NCBI GenBank assembly: GCA_964016885.1
Contig: OZ024743.1
Location: 344,410,001 to 344,474,000 of the forward strand
Reading direction: 5' to 3'
From: Eledone cirrhosa
Taxonomy: Eukaryota
DNA: 64,000 bases
A program made the position numbers and the translations under genes. Below, piece after piece: positions 11,750 to 22,440 of this stretch (the first letter of the stretch is position 1; each line of letters opens with the position of its first letter). The notes beneath the pieces are model-generated. The model made no database searches, was not told the origin of the DNA, and saw nothing but the letters and a program-made list of their open reading frames with translations.

Positions 11750-13131
11750 AATAATAATAATAGTGGTTTCTTATATAGGCACAAGGCCAGCAATATTTTT
11801 TTGTGGGAGGGGGGGGGCATTAAATTGACCCCAGTGCATTACTGGTACTTTATTTTATCGACCCACTAAGGGGATGAAAGGCAAAGTTAACCTCGGCGGT
11901 ATTTGAACTCAGAACGTAAAGGGCCATAATTTTATGCTACAAAGCATGGTGTCTGACGCTTAGGATTATGATGATAATGATGATAATCAGGGAGGAGGGA
12001 GAGCACGATGCTGATTAAGGTTATGATGATGGTGATAATGATGATAACGATGTTGACAATAATAATTGGTTCTACTTTTGTCACAAGGCCAGCAATTACC
12101 CAGTACATTACTGGTACTTTATTTTATCGACCGCGTAAAGATGAACGGTAAAGTTAACCTTGGCGGGATTTGAACTCAGAATGGAAAGGGCCGTAACTCT
12201 ATGCGTCAAAGCATGGCGTCCGACTCTCTACCGATACTGCCAATCCAGACAATAATAATGGTTTCTTATATAGGCACAAGGCCAGCATTTTGGGGGGAGG
12301 GGAAAGTCGATTAAATCGACCCAAGTGCGGGAACGGTACTTTATTTTACCAACCCCGTAAGGATGAAAGGCAAAGTGAACCTCGGCGGGATTTGAACTCA
12401 GATCATAAAGAGCCGTCACTCTATGCTGCAAAGCATGGCGTCCGACCCTCTACCGATACTGACAATCCACTGCCCTGATCCAGACAATAATAATGATATA
12501 CAGAAACAGCAGACATCTACCTTATCCACACCACTATGTTATCTCAATGCCATAACGCCATCTCCTAACAACAACAACAACAACAACAGCAGCAGCAGCA
12601 GCAGCAGAGGCAACAACAACAACAACAACAACAACAACAACGCTAACAACGAAATGAAATACTGCAACGAGAACAACACAACAACAACAGGAGCGGAAAA
12701 TGCAGCAACAATAACAAATAACAACAATTACACTGATGATAACGATAACATTATCCCTGCATAAATAACTAACTAGATAAATACGTATAAATAAATACCC
12801 TAAAATAAAAGAGTTTTAAAGACAAAAAGCAGCTACAAGAACAACACAAAAATGTTGGGGAGGAGAAGAAGAAAGACTTTAAGATCTCATTCCTTTGTTT
12901 GTTTGCGAATGATAGCTAATCTTGAGGTTGTTTGTGCGACATGTTAGTTTCTTGTTTTTTGTGTTCACCATAATTGTTAATCCGCTAGTGAATGGCAGAA
13001 ATATATTGACAAGTTTAAAGCCCTTACAACTAAATCGACTCATAGAAATGTTGAAAAGAATAAAGTGTATATATGTGTGTGTACGAGAATACACACACAT
13101 ATACCACATGTATGAATGTGACATATATATG

Positions 13132-13236
<105 letters not shown>

Positions 13237-13332
13237 GTGTGTGTGTGCGTGTATGTATATACGTGAGTATATGTGTATGTGTATATATGTATATATATAT
13301 GTATATATATATATATATATGTATATATACAC

Positions 13333-13418
<86 letters not shown>

Positions 13419-13829
13419 GTATATATATATATAGAGAGAGAGAGAGACAGAGAGAGACAGAGAGGGAGAGGGAGGGAGAAAGAAAGAGAGAGAGATATAT
13501 GTAAAATCCAGACCGCATAGTCTCTCTCTCTCTCTCTCTCTCCACACACACACACATATATATATAAGGCAAATCCAGAGAAATAGTTGTCTGAAGCCAG
13601 AAGAGGCTAGCTTGTTCAACTAGTAGATATTATTTTGTCTCCTTTCCGATGTCTCATATTAATTCAATTTAACTATTTCATTATTAATTATTTATTTATT
13701 CACTTATTTATGTATTCATATTTTAGGAGGATGGAAAAAGTTTGTAGTAGTAGTGGTGGTGGTAGTCGATAGGATTAGGATATTCGATATGGACTGTGTT
13801 TCAGAAGGCATATTGCATCTTATTTGTGT

Positions 13830-13861
<32 letters not shown>

Positions 13862-13903
13862 TGTATGTATGTATGTATGTATGTATGCATGTACGTATGT
13901 ATG

Positions 13904-16900
13904 TTCTTCTGGTTTTATAATTTCACAAAGTTTTACCAATAGAGAGAGAGAGTCGGTTTCTAACATAGACACAAGACTCTCTCATTGGAATTTACACAAC
14001 ATCAACTAGGTAGATATGTATGTAATCATGCATGTGTAGATATGGATGTTATTGTATGTGTGGATGTGTATGTTTTGAGTTGTATGTGTGCATGTGTATA
14101 TGCTTTGTATCTGTACATGTGTATATGCAGTTATTAGATGCAACATTTTTGGAATGTTTTACATATTTTTACTGTTCCATTAATGGATTGTACTTGTAGT
14201 TTCCTAACTAGTTGTGTTCTTTCTGTTCCTGTGAAGCCTAGCTTCTCAAGATTTGTATTGAGGCAGTTGCTAACATATCCCAGTGCCCCAATAATCACAG
14301 GCATAAATCTGAAGGTGTAATCAGGGTGGAGTATCTGCAGATTTCTCATCAGTTCTGCATAAATATTCTCCTTTTCACTAATCTTTGATATGATATTGGC
14401 ATCTGCTAGGCAGCTAACTTCCACTACAGTGCATGTTTTCTTCTCCCTGTCCCATATCATAATATCTGGTCTGTTATGCCTGCATTTTATTGGGGTTTTT
14501 ACTGGAACATTCCACCACTACTCTTTCATATTATGTACATAGATGTCTTCCACATTGTTGTAGCTTTTAATGTGTTTATTATCGGGGTTATCTTTTTTAC
14601 GAACTGCATTGTACAGTGTTTTGGCCACTACATCATGCCTCATAGGTAGATAGTACCGCGATGACATCTTTGGGCAGCTGCTGATGACATGGGTGATATT
14701 CACGATGTTAGTTCTGCAGAGTTTGCACTTGTTATCATATCTAGGTGTTTTACCTGCATCCCTATCTCTTTTGTGAATCAGGTATTTCGTGCTAATCTCC
14801 TGTTCTTGGATTGAAAACGTGTATCCTTCAAAGTGGGAGCCAATATAGCGGTTGTTGGTACAATATAGACTACTTTCCTTATCTATATTACTCTCACTCT
14901 GGAGCTTCCTAGCAACATATCCATGCATGGTTTTTTGCTGATAGGCATGCAGTTTTTTCATCCAGGGATTCACTGCGATACTGCTGAGCGACATCCCTGG
15001 GTGTGAGTTTTTGATTATCACACAGGGAATATCTCTCAAGGAGTTCCTTCCCAACTCTCATGATCTTATCTGTTTCATGCAGATAGACTTGCTCGAGAAG
15101 CGGGCACCTACGCTTCGAGGTTCGTAGATGTTGTCGGAGAGATATGATGCGACATTCAAATGCTGTCTGTACTGATGTTAGGCCTCTGCCTCCCTGCTTA
15201 CGTTTCAAGTAAAGGCGGTCTATGTCACTGTTGATGTGGAAGTTTCCGGTGTTGTTCAGTATTTTTCGAGTTCCAACATCAATTGCTCGGATTTCGTCTA
15301 TCGTCCAATTGAGTATTCCAAACGTTGGTGTTAGGATAGGCACAGCAAACACATTGTGAGCCACTGTTTTGTTTTTCGCAGAGAGTTCCGATGACCAGAT
15401 CTTTCTTAATTGGGTGTAGTATTCCCTGGTTACGCGTTCTTTATTACAGATACCATTATAGGATATGTTCTCATCTATCCCCAGGTATCTGTAGCAGTCC
15501 TCATCAGATATCGGTGAAACAGTTAGACCATTGATGACAATGTTGCTAGATTGGGTTGTTGTTTTTTCCCGCTTTACAGTCATGTATGAGCATTTATCTT
15601 GGCCAAACTCCTGCAATATTTTATTTTATCACTGAAAATAGAGCCCTCCCTCTGTCTTCAACCTTAGGATAGTAGACAGCCTCTCTATGGCTCTGACAAT
15701 AATGTCTGGGTCTTTAGCAAGTTGGAGGGCCTCTATCATCCAAGAGTGGGGAACAGAATCGAAAGCTTTCTTGTAGTCTAGCCAGACTGTAGTCATATTC
15801 CTCCTCAGTTGTCGCACCTCCGACATCGCAGTTTTGTTGATTAGGAGTTGTTCAGCACATCCTCAAACCCTTTTCTTTCCAGCTGCTTGTTCATCTGTGA
15901 TGATGTTATTATTTTTACAGTGATCTTGGAGGAATAGGTTCAGGCAGGCTGTATACATCTTATACATCAGGTTCTGGCATGCAATGGGTCGGTAGTTTTT
16001 TGCCAAGTGGGTGTCTTTGTTCTTGGGGACCAGTAACGTTTGTGCTAATGTCAACCATTCTGGTATAAGTGTATCTCCCTTAAGAACTTGTTGGTAGATG
16101 TCAGTAAGATACCTCCGATAGAATATTAGTTTTTTGTACCAGTAGCCAACAATCATGTCTCTTCCTGGTGTTTACTTATCTTGGAGTTTTCCTATCACAG
16201 TCTCAAGGGTACCCTCACTTATTTCGTATGTTTTTGTTGTAGTGTAGGAGTAATAGTTCTTTCGGATTTCTCTTAGCCACACTGCATCTTGGTTGAAATT
16301 CTTCTTTTCACCCCATATTTTTCTCCAAAAGGAATCTATGTCTTTCTGGGATGGGGCCTCAGTGACACTTATTATTTTGCTCTTCATATCTCTATAGACT
16401 GATGTTTGGTTTCGTCTGAATCTTTTATTAAGCATTTTTCTCTCATCTACCTTCTTCAGGTATCGGCGTTTTTCGCTAACAGCTCTCAATTCTTGTTTGA
16501 GGGTGATCAGCTTATATTGGAGAGTTCTGGTTCTACTGTTACCAAACATCGTCTCTATTTTATTTTTCACTCTTTGTTGGTGAGGAGTGAGGTTTTTTTG
16601 TGTTTGATGCATGTAAGGAGCATTGTCACATGTCCTATGTTTTTTCGTAGGTCAGCACTCTTTTTTTCTAATTTAGCTATATATGATGGTATTTTTGGTG
16701 GTGTTTTGTTCTTGTTAATATCTCTGCTATCACCAAGATAATGCTTCACTCTCATTGCTAAGGCATATAAACAGGCGTTGATTTGCCAAAATGTTGGGGT
16801 TTTTATCCGTCGTAAATATTCATCCCCTATTTCGTCAATAACAGGTATTATTTCATTATTTGGTTTTTTATTCACCATTGTCATTTTAACACGTTCAGCC

Positions 16901-17771
16901 AGAGAGATATTTATACATGAGTTAATTTCTCTCTGGAAGATTTCGTTGCGGGAAATTTTCAATTGTTTATACTTTTGATTATCATTATCGATAGTATTTT
17001 CCACAATAGTCGAGGTAGACTCGGATGGTATATGTGGTGTCACATTTATTCGATTATTATTATTATTTCTTCGATTATTATTATTATCGATAGTGTTTTC
17101 CCCAGCATTCGAGGTAGACTTAGATGGTACAGGTGATGTCAAGTTTCTTACAGGCGCTGTTCGACCTGGCTGCTAGGAAGTCTAGTAGCATGGCGATCTG
17201 TAACACGTGTTGTTGATTCCATGTTTGTTGTGGGGGACTTACAATTAATAATATTTATCTTATTTTTACGTTCAACAAACGTCGCTTGTTGGCGTAATTG
17301 TTTCGCTGTGAAATAATTTAGCTCTGGGTGCATTTCGTCCCAGTGTAGCTTCATTCTATTAATATAGCCAATGGAGGGATTGTTTTTAGCCATTTTATAA
17401 CAATTAAATAAATCATTATTAAGTTCGCAACTCCAAGAGAAATTTATAATCTCGGTTTCTTCTGTAGCTACAACTGAATAAAGTTTGATTACCTTCTTTG
17501 TTATTTGTCTTCGATACTTCCTTAATTTTTTTGTTGATGTTGTGTTCAGCCATGCTGTTTGTAGCAAATCTTTGTAAAATTAATTATGTATTTAGTCGGA
17601 TATCTCTACGAATTCGAATAAAAGGTGTCTTCAGAAGGGATAGTTAGAAGAATAACCAGTTATTCAACCTGGCTGTAGTTGTGGCATTACTGTCGGAGAT
17701 AGTATTCATCTTAAATTTAATAAATAGTCTTCCACGCCAAAATATGCGACTGATCGTGTTGACTGATGGAT
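13904..17771 (-). mobile_element. Near full-length R4/Dong-type (RLE) non-LTR retrotransposon, decayed, flanked by (TATG)n on both sides
   Basis: RT motifs NYRPIACQNLMYKMYT, WLDYKKAFDSVPHSW, YRYLGI and RLYLKRKQGGRGL. CCHC knuckle CKLC..ITHVISSC..RHDVVAK. RLE motifs RPDIMIWD..VVEVSC and PVIIGALG. Confidence 0.9.
14134..17567 (-). pseudogene. R4/Dong ORF (RT, zinc knuckle, RLE), frameshifted, RT catalytic core deleted
   Basis: A chain of minus-strand ORF fragments. Near 15612 the protein jumps from ..SDKIKYCR to EFGQDKC without the QGD or YxDD motifs. Confidence 0.85.
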
Positions 17772-18015
17772 TATGTATGTGTGTATGTATGTATGTATGT
17801 ATGTATGTATGTATGTATGTATGTATGTATGTATGTATGTATGTATGTATGTATGTATTAGGTTATGCATGAAATGTTTAGGATTATCCTGTATGCAGTA
17901 ATGGTTAATCACTACACTAGATACGGTCGACGTACGGTGAGGGGTTACTCAACGAGTTACGAAAGAACAGTTAAAGAAACTTGGTTTCATATTCTTCTAT
18001 ATTCCGGAGTCTAGA

Positions 18016-18528
18016 TAAAGAATGATTAATAAAACAGGTAGACATCATGAAAAGGTAATTTATTCCAAGCGTTTAAAAATATTTCTTTAGTAGTTACACA
18101 GCCTAGTCATACTATATGCAAATTAGTAGTTATTAATTTGCAGATACTCAATTTTCAAATGCTGCTCGTACCACCAAATCTTCAGAACGAATGGTTGAAT
18201 CATGGTTTCTTTATATTTCTTAAAGGAAGTAATAGGGGAAGATAGAGAAGAAAAGGAAGAGAGAAAGAAAGGGAGAGTGAGAGATAGTTATTTTCTACTC
18301 TATCTTCCCCAATTACTCCCTTTAAGAAATACAAAGAAACCATGATTCAACCATTCGTTCTGAAGATTTGGTGGTACGAGCAGCATTTGTAAATTGAGTA
18401 TCTGCAAATTAATAACTACTAATTCGCATATAGCATGACTAGGCTGTGTAACTACTAAAGAAGCATTTGTAAGCGTTTGGAATAAATTACCTTTTATGAT
18501 GTCTACCTGTTTTATTAATCATTCTTTA
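18016..18528. repeat. Fold-back inverted repeat (~238-bp arms 18016-18254 and 18291-18528) carrying a hammerhead with expanded stem II
   Basis: The arms are reverse complements with scattered mismatches. The HHR is at 18356-18475 (+) and 18070-18189 (-). The right arm ends in (TA)n. Confidence 0.85.
18356..18475 (+). ncRNA. Type I hammerhead with a 75-nt insertion in stem II (decayed)
   Basis: CGUU-CUGAAGA-UUUGGUGGU-[75 nt]-ACUACUAAA-GAA(A/G)-C-AUUU-G-UA/A(A/G)CG. Combining the two arms restores a canonical core. Confidence 0.7.
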
Positions 18529-18578
18529 TATATATATATATATATTTAAAGGAATAGAGGTGTAACACACGAGTTATG

Positions 18579-18934
18579 ATATATTGGTAAACGGAAAAGA
18601 AAATGCTGACAAATTGTTCACAGTGAAAAATAGTTTAATTAGGAATAAGTGAAAATTAGTAATAGTATTGGTTAGTATTCAGTTTTGGTTTTAAGTTTTA
18701 CCGGTTGCGCATTTCTAATGCTCTTCAAAAATAATTTTGAGATAGAGCGTCCGTGAGGTTTGCTCTGATATCAGAGCAAACATCACGGACGCTCTATCTC
18801 AAAATTATTTTTGAAGAGCATTAGAAATGCGCAACCGGTAAAACTTAAAACCAAAACTGAATACTAACCAATACTATTACTAATTAAACTATTTTTCACT
18901 GTGAACAATTTGTCAGCATTTTCTTTTCCGTTTA

Positions 18935-18943
<9 letters not shown>
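18579..18943. repeat. Near-perfect palindrome centred on GATATC (18767-18772), with a hammerhead-like motif in each arm
   Basis: The arms match except for a 17-bp indel and a point change. Right arm 18808-18843 reads UUU-UUGAAGA-GCAUU-AGA-AAUGC-GCAA-CCGG-UA/AAA. Confidence 0.85.
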
Positions 18944-18981
<38 letters not shown>

Positions 18982-19261
18982 CCTTTTCTCTATATATCAT
19001 TCTCTCGCCACCAACACCCATCTATCTATCTATATATATATATACATACCCCCCCCCACATATATATATATTTATATACATATGTATGTGTGCACACATG
19101 CATGTGTGTTTAAATCAAGATAATAGCATATCTGCTATTTTTTTATACAAATATATATACATGTCGCACACATTCAAACATATACATACTATCATACGGC
19201 GCAGTAACAGTAACATACGTACATGCACATGCATGCATACATATGTATGTATGTACGTATG

Positions 19262-19343
<82 letters not shown>

Positions 19344-19542
19344 TAGATATATATATATATATTATATATATATTCATTTACGTTTGGTGGTTTACTACTG
19401 GACAGAACTGGTCCTTTCGTATAGGTAACCATGTTTTCGCCAGGATTTTACGTAGCCTGGCCATTGAAATATATATAGGGTTGGTGCAACAATAAAACCT
19501 TAAGTCCGGTCTCCTGACATTTTAATCAAACTAATATATATA

Positions 19543-19947
<405 letters not shown>

Positions 19948-20458
19948 TGTGTATAAGACAAATCTGAGCATATATGACAGAGAATCGAAAACATGGACAC
20001 ATCCCTTCTCCTTAGCTAAACACTGAAGATAACTTCGATTTCAGAGCATTAAAGTTAATATCGTTCTTTCCAGCGCACCAGGGATTGTAACATACAAAGA
20101 CATGGTGACAAGTACGGTGAAATACTATCGAGTAAGTCTTTACGACCAAATTCCCATATAAAAGATTAAAAGTGTCCGTACAAGCGATTAAATGAGGTAC
20201 AGTTTGCAATAAGTACCCGGAGGGAAATAGCGAGAAAATAATTAAAGAATTAAATAAATAATTTCGGACGTTAGTCCAAAGACAAAACAGTAGAACGATG
20301 TGGACAATGACGAAAGTGGTAGAATACAGAGGTGAGATGGGTTAAAAAAGTGGAAGGGGGAATAATGGATAGAATGAGACAGAAGGAGAGAGAAAGAGGG
20401 AGAGAGAGAAAGAGAGAAAGGGAGAGAGATGGAGAGAGAGATGGAAGAGACAGATGGA

Positions 20459-20501
<43 letters not shown>

Positions 20502-20559
20502 GCTGTAGGTTAGTTACGAGTCAAGGAAGGCCTGCGCTGGTTATGCCAAATAATATATA

Positions 20560-20634
<75 letters not shown>

Positions 20635-20640
<6 letters not shown>

Positions 20641-21278
20641 ATGCTTTGTTGCCAATAAGAAACACACGCACCAGTTGTTTCACTTCAATTTATTATAAAT
20701 TAAATTTATAAATTTAGGAATTTATAAATTTCCGGTTGGTTGGTTGGTTCCATAACCAGACGATTGTTCATGTATTGTCAAAGTTCTTTCGTCACACATT
20801 CTGTGACCTCTTCAGTGACTGGGGATTCTTTTCTTTGTTTTTGTGCTTCTCCTTTGTTCTGTCCTACGCCATCTTGTTTTTGTGTGTGTTGTGTGCTTAG
20901 TTTGCGCATGTGTTACATCCGGGTGTCTGTGTGTGTTTATATTTGTTTATTTACATGTTACTGGTTGGTTGTTTGTTCTATGTGTGTGTGTGTTTTCATT
21001 TTGTCCTTAATTGTAAGTTGTGATGTTGCTGTTCCATTCATGTTCTCTATTTAATTTTGGTTGGAGTTCATTTATGTTTATTGCCTCTGTGATTTGTCTA
21101 AACATTGCGTCTGTTCTGTGTGTAGATTCCTAAATTTATAAATTTAATTTATAATAAATTGAAGTGAAACAACTGGTGCGTGTGTTTCTTATTGGCAACA
21201 TGACCCTCCCAAAGCATAACAATATCGGTTTCAACACATGTTTTCAGATAAAGAATCTTGCTAAACAAATTCAGAAAT
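20635..21278. mobile_element. Penelope (Naiad-like) 3' end in inverted configuration: minus copy 20635-21128, plus copy ~21131-21278
   Basis: 20635-21128 is the reverse complement of ~4279-4790. 21131-21225 repeats the last ~90 bp in forward orientation and then continues into the ORF start. (TA)n lies on both sides. Confidence 0.88.
20777..20819 (-). ncRNA. Hammerhead ribozyme-like motif in the Penelope pLTR
   Basis: GUCA-CUGAAGA-G-GUCACA-GAAUG-UGUGAC-GAAA-GAAC-UU/UGAC, with stems I and II fully paired. Confidence 0.78.
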
Positions 21279-21358
21279 ATATATATATATAAGGAAAAAG
21301 ATGAAATCGAAAATGCAACTGAAGTCTTTTTTTTTTAAAATATATATTTATTTGGTTC

Positions 21359-21393
21359 CTTTACCAGTTTCGCAGTCTTCTGCTTTTCAAAAG
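21359..21393 (-). ncRNA. Minimal hammerhead, U3-A8 core variant
   Basis: CUU-UUGAAAA-GCAG-AAGA-CUGC-GAAA-CUGG-UA/AAG. Confidence 0.65.
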
Positions 21394-21852
21394 TAGAATT
21401 GAGATGGAGGGTCTGTGGTATTTCTCAATCTGATTGGTCTTTGAATGTTACTTCTGTTTTATATGGAAAAAAGTGGCTCGAAATGTCAGGTTTTTAGTGA
21501 AGTAATTTGGTTGGTTGGTGAATAAGTATAATAAATTTCGCGCCAGTTCGCGTTACAAAGTTCTTCAAACAAGGGTGGGGGGTGGCTTAGGTTATTTTTT
21601 CATATATGAGTGAAGTTTGGTTGGTGGATGCAGTCACGTGAATAAGCACATCAGCTTTCGCGTCAGTTTGTGTTTGAATTTATTTTTACTTAAAAAAAGG
21701 TGGCTCACGAAGGCTTTTTTTTTTTATAAATGTAATTTGATTGGTTATAAATGAAATTATGGCTGTTCCGTGAACAAGTACATTAAATTTCGCGCCAGTA
21801 TTTGGGAATTTATTTATAGCCATTTAGAGAATTTTGTGTTAAACAAAAGATA

Positions 21853-22041
21853 ATTGTTTCTACTTTTTGGCACAAGGCCAGCAATTAACCAGTGCATTAC
21901 TGGTACTTTATTTTATCGGCCCCGTAAGGATGAAAGGCAAAGTTAACCTCGGCGGGATTTAAACTCAGAATAGCAAGGGCCGTAACTCTATGCGTCAAAG
22001 CATGGCGTCCGACCCTCTACCGATACTGCCAATCCACCGCC
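21853..22041 (-). mobile_element. SINE family 2 copy inserted in the Neptune 3' UTR, with probable target-site duplication
   Basis: Full head ggcggtggattggcagtatcgg. Flanks aaacaaaagataat (21841-21854) and aaacataagataat (~22047-22060). Confidence 0.88.
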
Positions 22042-22365
22042 ATGCCAAACATAAGATAATGGTCAAGAAAAAGGGATGGAGAGAATTGTTCTGAGTATGA
22101 CTGATGTGCTGAAATGTAATTTTATTGGTTATAAATGAAATTATGACTGTCACGTGAACAAGTACATTAAATTTCGCGCCCGTATTTGGGAATTTATTTT
22201 GTAGCCTTTTAGAGAATTTTGTGCAAAACAAAAGATAATGGTCAAGAAAAATGGGATGGGGAGAATTGTTCTGGTTCAGTGAATATGGCTGGTGCGCTGG
22301 GGTGTCAGAATTCAGACTTTCTATTGAAATAAAGAAAGTAGAGATATGTATGTTTATTTGTGTGC

Positions 22366-22440
<75 letters not shown>

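Larger units (their letters stand above)
9631..12474 (-). mobile_element. Cluster of nine co-oriented SINE copies (family 2, Nin/Deu-like core): ~9631-9850, 9861-10028, 10535-10705, 10722-10935, 10940-11137, 11522-11749 (5S-headed), 11765-11960, 12065-12248, 12260-12474
   Basis: Repeated ggcacaaggccagcaat..actggtactttattttatcgaccccgtaaggatgaaaggcaaagttaacctcggcgggatttgaactcag. On the minus strand the A box is TGGCAGTATCGG and the B box GAGTTCAAATCC, and tails run into (TTA)n. Confidence 0.9.

Noticed and set aside
17600-17640. Hammerhead-like CUGAAGA on the minus strand in the R4 5' region
   Set aside because: There is no stem II pairing and GAAU replaces GAAA.
17930-17972. Hairpin followed by GAAAGAAC, resembling the Naiad-type HHR
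   Set aside because: The CUGANGA half and the cleavage triplet are not recognisable, so it is too decayed to call.
19418-19470. Minus-strand GCCAGG..CCUGGC-GAAA hairpin
   Set aside because: There is no CUGANGA core upstream.
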